DNA from: Anthoceros angustus
Taxonomy: Eukaryota; Plantae; Anthocerotophyta
Assembly: GCA_010909165.1 (NCBI GenBank)
Contig: MU008168.1
Span: forward strand, 186,001 to 250,000
Reading direction: 5' to 3'
Length of the DNA stretch: 64,000 bases
Both the position numbers and the translations under genes were made by a program. The notes beneath the pieces were generated by a model. It was not told the DNA's origin. It worked only from the letters and a program-made list of their open reading frames with translations, and did no database searches. Within the stretch, counting starts at the first letter, position 1, and every line of letters starts with the position of its first letter. Of this stretch, positions 38,400 through 51,187 are shown one piece after another.

Positions 38400-39500
38400 T
38401 TTTTTTTTGAAGAAATAAGTACATATTGTTAGTGGGTCCACCTTTTAAATAGAGATGATTTATTGAGGTGAAAGAACGATGGAAAGAGACCATCTAGGAA
38501 GGGACAACAAATGGGGACCCGGGGGTCGGAGTGAAGAGGAGCAACTGAGCTCCCTACCTAAAGTGACCAACTGCACCCACAATGTCATATGCAGGTAGAA
38601 TAAACTGCCTGCAAACCACAGAGGAAGAGGAAAAGGCATCACCCACCGTCGCCGCCTTATGGAGAATCGCCGTCCACCTTTTAATAGGTTGTCCATGTAA
38701 CCCATAAACTCTCCTTGAGTTTGATGTCTTGTAAAAAGATTTGTTTAAAACCTTAAAGTTACTCGGTTCAAAAAAACAAGTGTCATAAAAGACCCACCAT
38801 TGCAATAGGAACCCATGTCCCACGATTTACAACGTAGTTTACAATTGAAGTTTTGATTATGAAATTATTTTACTGATACTTGCTGTGATAAAAATAAGTA
38901 ATTTTATAACATCTACATTCTGTAACACAAGGTAGAAGGAAAAATCTAAATTATTTAAAATTATAATGACCGTAGTTGTAAAATGAACGTAGCCCTTTAT
39001 AACGCAAGTTACAAAGGTAAATAAAAGATATCTTTAAAAATAAAATATTATGTTGTAAATTTAGATTTATGTGTTGTAAAAGCAGGGATGTAAAATTCGA
39101 GCCATTGCTGTAAAAGAAGCTCTATTATAAAAAATGTATTGGCTATTATAAAAGTATTGTTGTAAAACACCAATCATTGTTGTAAAAGACACATCGTTGT
39201 AAAAAGCGTATTCCGTGTTGTAAAAGTCATGTTGTTAAACACAAGCCAATGTTATAAAAAGATACCATGTTGTAATTTGAGTAGATGGTGTCATAAACGC
39301 CTATGTTGTAAAACACCAGCCATAGTTGTAAGAAGACATCGTGTTGTAATTACAGCAGTTGCCGTTGCAAAAAATAATTGTTGAAAACTATAATACGTTG
39401 TAATCTTGCAAACCCGCACTGTAAAAACTCCTAAAGAGTGCCACGTCATCAAAATACATAGTAAAATTATACCTCATGCTGTAAAACATCAAACCCATGT
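38400..39500. mobile_element. AT-rich non-autonomous element with many TGTTGTAAAA-like repeats
   Basis: More than 15 copies of (T)GTTGTAA(AA)-like motifs between ~39000 and 39500; it abuts the truncated F-box gene. Confidence 0.5.
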
Positions 39501-40329
39501 TGTAAAGTGTTGTGAGACGTCCTGTCAGCCATTGCTTAGGGTTCCGCCCCATTTTTTCCCTCTTTGCTTCTTCGCTTTTCCCTCTAATATGCCTGCGCCA
39601 CCTCTACGCTCTAACCTTCGTCGTTTCGGCTCGTTGCTACTCTTCTCTTCTTTTCCGCAGTACCTTCTGTCCACTAGACCGAATTTGTTTGTCTTTTGCC
39701 TTTGCCGTATTGCTTTCTTCAGATTCTCACGTTTCCTTTATGTTCTATCATGTGCAGTCTCTGTGTCAGGGTTAGGGTTTGCTAGTGTGCTGCCTCTTCC
39801 AGGCTTGCTTTGCCTAGCTTTGCTTCTGTGTCGCGTTCTTTAAAACTCTCCAAATGTAACTTTTTCTTAGCTAATCTTTTGTTGTTTTGCATCGCGATTA
39901 GTAATAGATTAGTTCAAGCTGTGTTTTTTGTGTGTACTTGGCACTTTTATAGTCTATAAACCTGATCTTTGGTTTTTATTGTAAATTTGCATCATTACGC
40001 AAATTAATTAACATATGTATTCTTAATATCATGGTTACTACACCGTATCATATCAAAGCATAGTATGTAGCTGCTATTAGGGAAGTGCTACGATGTAGTA
40101 GCCCCTGGTTTAGATATTTGATGATCCAGTTACTGCTGACACAACATCAGCGGCATTAAGCTTTTTTCTCCTGCACATTTCTTAAAGTGCAGCAGCATCA
40201 AGCTATCCTCATGCACATTTCCATAGCATAACGTATCAAATCCATCCATAATTTTCAGCAGTAGCACAGCGCTCACTACTCTTGCTCACAATAAATGTTT
40301 TCAAATCTTTATGGTTCGAACTACGAAAT

Positions 40330-41470
40330 TCCAACCAGGGGTCCACACAGTGAACGCTCCTTGCTAGAAAATGCTCGTAGGGATAGGAGGGAAGCCACCT
40401 CCAAGCCGCAGGTGTCTTGTTGAAATCAAGAGCCGCAATCCTGTCCAAGTGCAACTACATGATGTAAACTTGGTCCTGTCCCGCCACAATCTTGATATAC
40501 TTGAAAACTTGAAACCGGTGCGAGCGTCGACATCGCTTGCATCTTCGCCTGAAGTTACCCAACATGGGAGCGGGCATTTGGTCCACCACTGTCCAGGCCA
40601 TGCACTCGAAATCCAGCTCCCATATCTGAAAGCAAACTTCCTCCACCTTGAGGTCCATGCCGAGGGTCCCACACAACAGCCACTCTCGCACGTTGATGAG
40701 GTTGCAGTAGTAGATGTCAAAGTCGGCAGGCTTGGCCACGTCCAACCCGCTCCAGTTGGCCCGCTTCAGGTCGTAGTACAATACATTCCAGTCTTGGTCG
40801 AGGCAGTAGAGCACGGTGCCAACAAACACTCCCTGTTGCCGCGTACGGGAGTGGACATTGAAGATCCCAGCCGCGGCTTGTCACACTCCAGCTCCCCACC
40901 GCCAAATCAAAGACATATGTCGGGATGGAGTTCGCATCCACGCGATGTATTCGCATCTCTCTCACCGCCTCCAGCTTGAAGCATCTCGCCGTAGCGTCTA
41001 CAAACATCCGACAACTCCATGTCATCCGGGAGCTCTAGCAGGAGCGTCCATGAGCTCGCCACAGCCACCGGGTTGCCGACGCATGGTAAGTAGCCTTGTT
41101 GCATGTTGCATGTTACGGACAGCAACACGCCACCGCCCGCAGACACTGGGGGCAGCTCCACATCTGCCCGCAGCGACCCACCCCAACGCTCCGAGAAGAT
41201 GCATCCTAGTCGTGGCGAGAGTTGGGGCTGATACCAACGGTCGGAGGCGGGGTCATAGGCGCAAGACTTGATGCCGGAATTGGAATAGCCTACCAAAAAC
41301 AACATGCATGGGTCTGGCGCTGCTCCTCGAGATGCCAGCCGCTCCCGCAACAAGGATGGTGAAGCCACCGCCTCCTTCCATGCTTTGCACGCTATGCATG
41401 ACTGCGCCAGGCTCACCAGCAGCAGCTGAGCTTGGATCTTGGCCACCATATCGTCAGGCAGCTCGCTCCA
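40330..41470 (-). pseudogene. F-box/kelch-type gene (frameshifted; N-terminus lost or spliced)
   Basis: WSELPDDMVAKIQAQLLLVSLAQSCIACKAWKEAV is an F-box. Then CAYDPASDRWY, YVFDLAVGSW, FVGTVLYCL, LCGTLG, IWELDFECMAWTVVDQMP. Confidence 0.85.
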
Positions 41471-41632
41471 CTACATATAATTTTATTACTTACTAATTTA
41501 ATTTTAACCAAAATAACAAGATTGAGACAACCTCTAATATATATATATATATACATATTAAAAATATATCAGCTAATAAATTTAATGCATCATATCGAGT
41601 TAACAAATTTGACCATGTACCACATAGTCCAA

Positions 41633-42072
41633 CATCAAAATCCCTAGATACTAATGCTGACAAGTTAAGATGACAATATGTCTTGCATCAACAAACGACA
41701 TCTTTTAGTCCGGTAACATTGCGATGTAAGTCATATAATCCTTATGACGTACATTATATAATCCTCACAATCAACCTCTTTATATTGAAATCAAACTAGC
41801 CCTAGTGAGAGATAGTCCTTAAAATGGAACTCTTTATGTATATGGAAACCACATCAAAATCCCTAGATACTAATGCTGACAAGTTAAGACCGACAATATG
41901 TCTTGCACCAACAAACGACATCTTTGTACTCCGGTAATATTGCGATGTAAGTCGTATAATCCTTATGACGTACATTGTATAATCCTCACAATCAACCTCT
42001 TTATATTGACATCAAACTGGCCCTAGTGAGAGATAGTCCTTAAAATGGAACTCTTTATGTATATGGAAACCA
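41633..42072. repeat. Direct tandem duplication, ~219 bp x2
   Basis: CATCAAAATCCCTAGATACTAATGCTGACAAG occurs at 41633 and ~41852. Confidence 0.9.
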
Positions 42073-42730
42073 AACCGGCCCTAGTAATGTGCACATTTCT
42101 CTAGTCTCCATATGTTTGATTGTGAATCCGCACTACTAATACTGTAGTCTAACGTTGGTAAGTTTGATAGTGTAGCAATCTTGATAATGCTCAGAAGTAG
42201 GAGCCAATGCGCCAATGTGCTACTTTGTCACAAAAACCAAAGATATAACATTTGTCTCTAGTTGTAATCCCATTGGCGAGGAATTGTAACAAGAGAATAA
42301 AAAGATTCAAAAATATTTATTCCTAATAATATATAGGATACTACATCTCACCAAGTATAGATTTATGATCAACTGAAGAATAAAGAAATTCAGATCTCTA
42401 TTATTTAGAATAATGTATATTACATTACATATGATCGAGTGTAGATCTATGATCAATTGAAGAATAAAAAATATTTACTTATTATTTATATATAATCTTT
42501 ATATGATCGATTATACATTTATAACCCTCGGCATTATGCAGAGGCTTAGGGTTATATATGTGGTGCTCTATTATATACCCAAAAAAATAGTTATATTGAG
42601 TCTATTTAATTGAACTCCACCTTAGAGAGGTTCTTATGTTGAACACCTTGGAGAGGTCCTTGTGTGTATTGTAGTGGGTTTATTCCTGAACTCCATCTGG
42701 AAAAGGTTCTTTGCAATGCTGAGCTATTTT

Positions 42731-43233
42731 CAAGCATGTGTTAGAGTAGACGACGTAGCATGTGGAAGTGGTGTTACTCAAGCATGTGTCAGAGTAGACG
42801 ACGTAGCATATGGAAGTGGTATCGGCTAGCTCGTGGTGCTTGGTTTGCTTTTGGGAATAGCCCTAACCATGTGGTCTTAGAGCTTTGACAGAGTGATTGA
42901 GTTCACATTGCTGAGAATTTGTGTGCTAACTCCCTCCAAGTATTTGTCCAAGACTTCCTTCACTTTGAACCAATGCTTGGGGTTCTGCTTGTACTGGCGA
43001 ATCCTCACGGATACCGCGTTAGACTTTAGATCAATGCTCCCCAGTAAAATTCCTTTCATATCCATGACCTTGAAGGCAAGCACTTAACAAAATTCCCCAA
43101 CAATGCTTCAATCCCTCCCTCATGTCCGGATGCATCCTTTCTTGGACTTGAGGTACTTCCCGGGACTTACCCACGTCATGTCCGGATGCATCCTTTCTTG
43201 AACTTGAGGTACTTCCCGGGACTTACCCACGTC
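42731..43233 (-). mobile_element. Ty1/copia RT remnant flanked by 48-bp x2 and 56-bp x2 duplications
   Basis: AVSVRIRQYKQNPKHWFKVKEVLDKYLEG resembles the copia AVS..SQY..NP...HW..VKRILRYL.G segment. Duplications start at 42731/42779 and 43121/43177. Confidence 0.5.
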
Positions 43234-44646
43234 GTTCGGGTTTACGGTCTCCCGTTCCCTTGCCGCTGTGAGTTGGTGGCAGTGACAATGATGTCAGCCT
43301 CTGTATAGACGGCGCCGAGAGTCATGGGACACCGGTGTCGAGGCTGAGCGCCAATTTGAGCGAGGGCCCCATGTATGAGAATCTGGCAAATTCAAATTGT
43401 CTCTTTGAGCAGGTTGGGTCTTGAATCATGTTGCGTCTGGTGCCGAGACCAGAGGTTTGCGCGTTTTTATAGTGGAGGAGATTGGGGAGAAGGATGGGAT
43501 GCGGATGGTAAAGGTCCAAGGCCAAAATGCTAACAACACTCCCTGATGCTGACGGTTGCGAATATGTGGAAGGTGTATGCTTCACCCTCCCTGGTTTTTG
43601 TTGACGTGTTTTCGGTGGATCTGAATGCTTGATCTCATACTGAGAGTTATGAACTGTGAAAGTTGCCCAGGTTGGAAAGCTCGTCAAATGCAGCTCTATT
43701 TATGACAGTACCGTTTGAGGTTGAGTGGAGCTAAACAAGCAATCAGTGACCGGATAGAATCTGCATCAGGTACTACCTCGATTGCTTCCTAGGTACTGCT
43801 GCTGGACGAAATGGTGACTTGCTGCTTGACTCTGACCTCTGTCAGTGGTGTCCTCAAAAAGCATGGAGCTCAAATATTTGTTTCCTAGAAATCCTGCACT
43901 ATTGACAGCACAAGTGAGCTGCCTTGCATTTGGACGGTGCCTCCCTTGTACACGTCTCCTGAAACGGACAAGGTATCAAACAGTAGCTGAGCTGGACATA
44001 CCTGCCTGTTAGAAACAGAAATGCAGTGCAAATTACGTACCTGTGCTGTCAACTGTGAAGAACTTTCTAGGAAACATTGTCTCAGCCCAGAGTGGTTTTG
44101 ATTCTGGCCACCAACAGAGGACAAAGGTACCCAGCAAGTCACAAAAAGCAATGCGTCCATGAGCACTAACTCGAGAGCAATCTGGGTAGCACGGCACGTG
44201 ACGTTTCATCCTTCTCAATGATTTCTTCTTTGGTTCCGCACATCCTCTAACGGTTGTGTCGCAAAAAGAGCTCTGCACTTCACGGGTTAAGAGTATTCCA
44301 ACCTGACCACCATCTACAACTTTCAGATGAACAGTTAGGGTATGCAGTTGAAAGCTCAGAAACGAGATAAAGCAGAGGTCAACAACACACAGGGAGAACG
44401 AAGAGTGGAGGTTCCACATACTCGCGAACTTCAGCATCAGGAAGTTTTGTTAGTCTTTGAAGTCCGACCTGATGTTAGAAGCTGTGACCTGCTGTTTCCA
44501 CATATATCCAGGCAAGCCCAAGGTTGCTGTCAAGGACGGCCTTTCAATATACAAAGGCAGGAACATTTCGTTCTTCCTTTCGCTCGTTGTGTCCTCTCCA
44601 GAACTGGCCAAAGGGGTATTGACGGTTCAACAGTGAGTAGGTTCAC

Positions 44647-44823
44647 TTCTTTGTAGCTGCTCTTCAAGCTTGTGCAGTTGCTGTGGACTTGGAATTCGGC
44701 AGAAAAATGCGCTGTGATGCGTTGCGCAGTGCCATTCCTCCAAACGTATTTGTTGGTACCCGCCTGGTGGACATGTATGTAGAATGTGGCGTCCTGATAG
44801 AAGCGCTCAGGGTTTTGGACGGT
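44647..44823 (+). pseudogene. Isolated PLS-class PPR fragment
   Basis: FFVAALQACAVAVDLEFGRKMRCDALRSAIPPNVFVGTRLVDMYVECGVLIEALRVLD, bounded by stops. Confidence 0.8.
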
Positions 44824-44990
44824 CGATTGCTGTGATTGTTGCGGATGCGCAGCAAGGGCTCGGCCTGGGAGCCCTTGAAGAAGCATTAGAAGGTTGAAAT
44901 GAGAGGAAGGTTTCTCTGGCTGTTGGCGCCCGGGAAGATCTGGCTTGGCCAGGCCAGCTTGGGTTGGGGTGTATGGACATGGGTTGATGC

Positions 44991-45913
44991 ATAGGAGTGT
45001 GTCTCTGTTGATCAGGCCAGGCTAGCGATCAAGATGCAGACTTGTCATGGGGCTTCTCCTTGGAAGTTGAGCTCTCCGGATGACACAACCTGGAATATTG
45101 TGTGCAGAATTGGGGATACAAGTGATATGATTCCAGGTTTTCCATACGATGGGTGACCAACAAGAAAGGCGTCATATCATCACCTGTCGCATGCGGCCGG
45201 GCTTGTGTCTGAGACACGGAGGATTCTTTAAATTGTTGGAACCGTTCAAGGCCAGCTGACGCATAAGCACGACTTACATGGTGCTGGCCCTGCGGGCCAG
45301 ACAGCAAGCCTGAATCGGCTCTTCTATTTATCCTCGGAAGAACACTCCCGTCTCACTCAGCACCTTCATTTCATGAAACAGGAGGTACAAACAAAGACCC
45401 TAAGATCTGGGTGCATAGATCAGCCTGTGCTACAAGGCCTGACAGCTACCATCATGCTGAACAAGAACAAACTCCGCTGCTACCAGGTCATAGCCATGCC
45501 TAGAAACAGAATCAACGGTTGCGGTTGCAGGGTGTTCATCTTGGGATACACGTTTTCTCCACAAACACATACCATCCACACTCACACCTCAGCTGCACGA
45601 ACAAAAAACGGACAACCACATCCACTAAACCCGAAACTCACCACGGAAACCTGCACCTTTCACCATTCGCCTGAAAAATCACAACGACAATTGACACAGC
45701 CACGGGGCACGAGATGTACTACCCCTGAAAATTGCAGGAAATTTCACCACTTCATGAAATCAAACTCACCTTGCTATGTGGAACTTCATCCATAAACGAA
45801 AAGAACGAGAGTGCATGTTCAAGGCCGCCTCAACAATTGCTATTCTAAGACGCTGATTAACCACGTCTGGATCTTAATCGCTGGCCTGGCCTGATCAAGA
45901 GACACACTCCTAT
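44991..45913. repeat. ~50 bp inverted repeat pair enclosing ~830 bp
   Basis: ATAGGAGTGTGTCTC..TGATCAGGCCAGGC.AGCGAT.AAGAT at 44991-45040; its reverse complement at 45867-45913. No TSD seen. Confidence 0.7.
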
Positions 45914-46820
45914 TCCTCCACCTATGTGAATCCGGTAGAATGCCCTAACCGCTCCACATGGATATGGATTAGGGTAATGAATCTCCAGCTCACGTTTTGG
46001 TTCGTGACGATCTGGCGGAGACGTGCCTCGTTGAGACGTGTAGAATTCCGAACGATCCTTGCCAAGAGAAGGTTGGACGGAGTGGGAGAGTTGTGACGGA
46101 GATTGCAGGCAAGCCGTAGCCACGACCTCCAGACAGCTGTGCGCAGGAGACGCTTCCTATTCGCACAGTCGGATTCCACCTCCTCTGACTCCCGGCTGAG
46201 TCAACCAGCCAGGATTCCGTGTCGCTCGGGACATCACCTAATTAGCTCCATCTAGTGGCCAACCAGGGGAATCAAACTGTTCACACACATACAACTGGGC
46301 CGCCGGCTTCCGGCTGCTGCAGTAAAACAGTGATGAGCGCTGGAGGCTGCTGAAATCTTCAGAATTTCTGCGGCGGCTCGAGGGTAGCCGCCACAGAGCA
46401 ACTTTAACGCGGTCTGCAACATGCACAAGCGTGGGCTGTGTGATGACATGGGCAGCACAGCGCGGCACAGTCTGCAGCTGCTCGGATTTCGAATGTTCAT
46501 GATCACGTGGAGGGTAAACACCGATACGCATCTGACATCAAGGCCAGAGCAGCGGCTACAGTTCTGGGATGACACAAGTCCGGCACATTGCAAACAACAC
46601 AACATGGTCAACGCAAGGCAAGGCAGCTGCATTGAATAGAATTACAGTGACCCAATAATAGAGCAGAGGGCTCACGAGTTCCACTGTCACAGCAAACAGA
46701 GATGCTGATGGGAAGTGACATACGTCAAAGTGTTGGACAAAGCAAAACGTGACACGAACTAAATTATCCTGCAGAGTATACCGTCAAAGCTACGCGATGA
46801 GGGCTACAGTGAGTGCATCG

Positions 46821-48011
46821 CTAGAACGACACCACCATTTTCTCTGGAAGTGTCCACGGGTTGAGCTCTGAAGATAGTAAGGGCACGAAGAGATGTGCAG
46901 ATCCATCGTCGTCCAGGCCCTGAAAAGTCTTGGGTGTGTCGGCATCCGCGTTCGCATAAGTCTGCTGTGGGAGCAGAGGCAGAGGAGCAATGGAGGAGCC
47001 GCTCCAAATGCTGGATCGCCTGAAAGTGTGATACACAACCACGCTTCCTCCTGATAACTCCTTCCTGAATGTTCTGTCGCAAAAATAACCTCGAGGATAG
47101 ACAGAGGTGTTCCAGCTAGACGCCCTAGTGTTATCTCCTGTCAGAAACACCGCCACAGAAAATACTTCCGGCCTGAACACGGCAGCGGCTCTGTCCAGGA
47201 GAGCTTGCAATGTGATGTCTTCTTCGTTGTAACCCTTGGTCTCGAAGCTGGCATAACTGAAGGTATCCTCCGGAGTCACATGGATGGTGGAGTATGCCGC
47301 TCCCTCCATCCCGTTCATAGAATAGCCGCAGGGATCGAATGCGAAATCGCAGATTTCCGATCCAGGCAATATATCTGCAATCCCTGATACTTTTGTCATT
47401 TCCAAGGCCGAGGGGAGCACACTTTTCTGAAACTGTGAAGCACACAGGGTGTCGAGCTGAGTCATACACATCTCCACTGTGTACACAGGATCAGTCTCCC
47501 TGCACAATGCTCCTTCCTCCACTGCGTAGTAAACATGCCACTTGTGGCGATCTTCTTCGTGGCCCATAACCAGCCACTCCCCACCGTCCTGTCCGCCAAG
47601 ATGGCCGAAAAACCTGTCTAAAAACTTGACCTCCTCCCTGAAGCTGTTGTGCGGATAGGGCTGCACTGCAGGGAAATTAAAAGAACCACGAGTATACCTG
47701 CAAGTCACAGCTCTGAGATGCAGCCGGGAGGCTGAAGCCAACAAGACGGGCACAGCCTGCAGCAACTGTGTGGTGCCGCACGTCTTGATCACCATGCTGC
47801 GAGAGTATATAAACAGGCTCGACTCCGAAAGAACGTAGGAGTCGAAATGCTCATTGCTCAGCTGAGACACAATTGTGCACTCAGCTGCCTTGAGCATGGC
47901 ATCAATTTCTGCACGGGCCATGGCGCGCAATCCCATTCCTTGTGCAGCAAACGGCCCCGCAAATCCTACCTCCAGCCTCTTCTCATATCCCTCAAACCCT
48001 GGCAACGACAT
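46821..48011 (-). CDS. SAMDC: S-adenosylmethionine decarboxylase proenzyme, 396 aa, intronless
   Basis: MSLPGFEGYEKRLE; YVLSE/SSLF self-cleavage site; IKTCGTT; FDPCGYSMNG; TIHVTPEDTFSYASFE. Confidence 0.97.
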   Translation of the reverse strand: MSLPGFEGYEKRLEVGFAGPFAAQGMGLRAMARAEIDAMLKAAECTIVSQLSNEHFDSYVLSESSLFIYSRSMVIKTCGTTQLLQAVPVLLASASRLHLRAVTCRYTRGSFNFPAVQPYPHNSFREEVKFLDRFFGHLGGQDGGEWLVMGHEEDRHKWHVYYAVEEGALCRETDPVYTVEMCMTQLDTLCASQFQKSVLPSALEMTKVSGIADILPGSEICDFAFDPCGYSMNGMEGAAYSTIHVTPEDTFSYASFETKGYNEEDITLQALLDRAAAVFRPEVFSVAVFLTGDNTRASSWNTSVYPRGYFCDRTFRKELSGGSVVVYHTFRRSSIWSGSSIAPLPLLPQQTYANADADTPKTFQGLDDDGSAHLFVPLLSSELNPWTLPEKMVVSF

Positions 48012-48192
48012 TTCCCTCCCCCCGAGCCTTCCCGAACTCGTTTCCTTCAGGATCAAATCCCGTGCGCTTCCAAACTCACTTCCTCCACTGCAATTCCTCC
48101 CAGCACCTGCCTGCTAGCGATCCAACATGGGTCCTCGAATTGACTACCTGCGAGGTGGATCCGAAAGCAAGAAGGTCGCCTCTTTCCCCCTC

Positions 48193-48342
48193 TCAGGAAG
48201 GCTCCCGCCCGCAGTCGGAGTAGGCAGCGCTGCGGAACTTCTCGATTCCCCCTCGCGGCCGGATGTCTTCGATCAGATAGCCCAGAACACTCTCGTGCTG
48301 GCACCGGTTCACCGTGCCACTCCGGAGCTTGCTTCCGTCCAT
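48193..48342 (-). CDS. SAMDC conserved small uORF peptide (49 aa)
   Basis: MDGSKLRSG...LGYLIEDIRPRGGIEKFRSAAYSDCGREPS matches the plant consensus LGYxIEDVRPxGGIKKFRSAAYSNCxxxPS. Confidence 0.95.
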   Translation of the reverse strand: MDGSKLRSGTVNRCQHESVLGYLIEDIRPRGGIEKFRSAAYSDCGREPS

Positions 48343-48350
48343 CATAACAT
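48342..48350 (-). promoter_or_regulatory. SAMDC tiny uORF (Met-Leu-stop) overlapping the small uORF start by 1 nt
   Basis: The minus strand reads ATG TTA TGA TG GAC; the A of TGA is the A of the small-uORF ATG. Confidence 0.9.
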
Positions 48351-48933
48351 TCGCACCGGGAGATCTCCACCCCCGCCGATCACAATTCTTGATCCTCTCC
48401 TCCCTTCTCCAGCTTGCCGGTTCCCGCCGCCGCCACGCCACAGCAGCAGTTCGATGATCTCACAACCTCGCACCAAACCCTCGCCCGGCGCGAGCAGCAG
48501 GTAGCGCGCCAAACCCTTGCCGCGCAGCGCAGCGATGGCAGCCGCACAAACAAACGAGAGGGCAAGGAAGCGGTGACGGAACGGCGGCGGAGCACGATGC
48601 ACAAGGCGAAAGGCGCAGAAGAGAGCAAGTACACAGGCGGTAGAGTGAAGGGGAAGGGATTATATAGGCGCGGCGGAGGCGGTTTTCCGAGTCCAGCCAC
48701 CACACGCCACCGAGCTGGCCTTTACTTCCATGCGCGATCCCCGCAAACGGGTGAGCAAGTTAAGTTAGGGCACGGCCGCACGCCGCACGCCGCAGCTCTG
48801 TGACTGGACTCGCCACTTGGCGGCCTCACCATCCTCCACTCCTCATTCTCCCCCACGTTCCAATTTTATCGAATCCCATTACGGTTGTGGGGTTGCGGGC
48901 GACATGGCCCGTGGCAGCCTTGCCTTCTTATTA

Positions 48934-49452
48934 CAGTCCACCCCCCCTAATTGGGACTGGTTCGGAGTGCCTTTAGAGGTCCCATTAAGGGAGGTGTCCC
49001 GATTATATTTTCCCTATTTAAAAATAATAAAATATTTTAAATTCTAAAAATCAAAAATACCCAAAAATTAAAATTAAAATTTTGATTGATAGGTTTCACT
49101 AAAAATAACTTTTACCACTTCTCTATATAGTTGTTTGACATTAGCGCTCTCTAAGCAACATCAAAAACCTCTACCTATCATAAAGGAAAAGCTTAGCTTA
49201 AGAGTCTTCAATCACACCTAAAAGTCTATAGTGCTTTGAAATAATCGATTCTTTTTCTTTCTTTTTTATTTTTAGTAAAAAATTAGAAATCCCATTTAGG
49301 AGGTGAAACTAACATGAATGTATGTTTCAAAATGTCCCAATTATCATTTAGGAAAAGTCCCATTTATTACATTGTAAACTAAAGGGAGTAGGATGGGAGG
49401 TCCCATTTAGAGAGGAATCCCATTTATAGAGTTCCAATTAGGGGCCGAACGT
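48934..49452. mobile_element. MITE-like element (Tc1/mariner-type ends)
   Basis: Left end TA|CAGTCCACCCCCCCTAATTGGGACT; right end AGTTCCAATTAGGGG. Multiple internal GTCCCATT motifs and an AT-rich core. Confidence 0.6.
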
Positions 49453-49904
49453 ATTTGAATGTCCGCCTTCAACCCTTCTCCCTCCTCATATAGACCTGCA
49501 CTTACATCGCTTTGTTTATGCTAGGTTCCATGTAACCTGCACCGGAGGATTTCCAGCCACGTTGTACAAAGACAATGAACATTAATGGTTTATGGCGGGT
49601 TGAGCACCGGGTCGGAGGTTTTGGCCGGTTTATTTTTAGGTACACTTGGATTTCTCCGACCAGTACCGCCATGCTTGCTACCGTCGAAATAACGAACGGC
49701 GTTATATACAATCCGGGTTGGATGTCATATGGGACCGAGAATCGCCGTTATTTTGCCATTTCCATGACCACCGCAAGTTGCCCTCTTTACATGAAACGTT
49801 CTAGCGTTGAGGATGTGGCGCATTGTATAGATGGACTCTTTGTTCGCTATCGACTTGAAGACCTCCGTGGATTCAATGTGCCAAGCATACCGTAGGTATC
49901 AAGT

Positions 49905-50771
49905 GTGAAGCATGCTACAAATTGTGAAGACATTGCTAACAGAAACGTGTATCAATCTCAACATTTGTCTTATGGTGTAGCTCCAGGTTTGAGCATGAGC
50001 GAGGCAGGAGGTCCTTTGCTCCTCCAAACCCACACTGGGGATAATATAGTAGCACACTTACAAGGTCCTGGCTATTCCGCAACTTGGAGGCCACAATTTC
50101 AGACTGAGCTGGAAAGCCAAGGTCCTCAGAACCCGTCTGTGAATCCCAACCGTGCCGAGGGCAAGAAAAGGTCTAGGGTTCAAGCTTCAAATCAAGGTGA
50201 TTCATCACTCATTGACGAAGATAACACAGGGAAAAGGTGGGACGAATTTGAATTGCTCATATTGGTTTCTGTACGGAAGGAGGATGTAATGAAGCACAGG
50301 GACGGCGGTATGAAAGAAAAGATGACTCCTGCCAACACAAGATGGGCTGTAATTTCAACTTCATGTGCAAGCCATAAGGTTTACAGGATGGCGAAGCAAT
50401 GCCGTGATCGCTGGGAAGCTCTCATGACGGACTTCAATAAAGTCGAGGATTGGGAGCGACCTGGTCACAATTCAGGACGGAGCAGCTATTGGAATATGGA
50501 GAAGGCTGAGAGAATTGCTCAAAAGCTGCCCAAAGCCTTCCTCCGGACCCGGAGCTGCTCACATAGTACGTTGATAATTGAATGCCTATTAGAAATCCCC
50601 TTGGTAATTGTCCTGTGCGGGCTGCAATTGCAAGAGCAGCCTCCAATTGTTGACATGATGTATCAAAGGTTATCAAGAGCATCATCTAGAAGTCTCTGGT
50701 CATCCATGCTCACAGATCTTAAAGATAGCCCGCAATCGGTGATGGCAGCATCACTACTCCCCTCAAAGTAA
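49905..50771 (+). CDS. Trihelix GT-1/Myb-SANT-like DNA-binding protein (C-terminus probably degenerate)
   Basis: RWDEFELLILVSVR...RWAVISTSC...R.AKQCRDRWEALMTDFNKVEDWE...SYWNMEKAERIAQKLPKAF. True start uncertain. Confidence 0.75.
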   Translation: MKHATNCEDIANRNVYQSQHLSYGVAPGLSMSEAGGPLLLQTHTGDNIVAHLQGPGYSATWRPQFQTELESQGPQNPSVNPNRAEGKKRSRVQASNQGDSSLIDEDNTGKRWDEFELLILVSVRKEDVMKHRDGGMKEKMTPANTRWAVISTSCASHKVYRMAKQCRDRWEALMTDFNKVEDWERPGHNSGRSSYWNMEKAERIAQKLPKAFLRTRSCSHSTLIIECLLEIPLVIVLCGLQLQEQPPIVDMMYQRLSRASSRSLWSSMLTDLKDSPQSVMAASLLPSK

Positions 50772-51187
50772 TTCAGTAAATAAAAAAAATCTCGAACTAC
50801 ACTTAGTGTAGCAAGGGCTACGCCGTAGACGACCATTTGCTCCACATTGGCCATAGATTGTTAATCCCTGAGCTTCAACCTAAAAGGTAGCTGCTTGCTT
50901 CAACCTAAAATGTAGCTGCTTATTGAGCATGAAACTTGCCGAGTTTTATCAGAGTCCATAGTGACACTTGAGTTCGATCGCGAACAGCCTAAGGCCAGCC
51001 CGTTGTACTCAACCGGTGATGACCCGTTTCAGACACTTGGCAACTGTCGGTCATGAGTTCCGGTATGGGATCGTTCACATATGCAGGAAAAAATCCGGAA
51101 AAATGCTGTGGTCCGGCTATGGGAACCTAGCATTATCCACCCGGCCACATCATTTCGCGGGTTCGAAATTCATTTACCCATTTTGAA

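Noticed and set aside
48012-48056. N-terminal extension of SAMDC from a non-ATG start, as shown in the ORF track
   Set aside because: Homology begins at the ATG at 48011; the extension is leader sequence.
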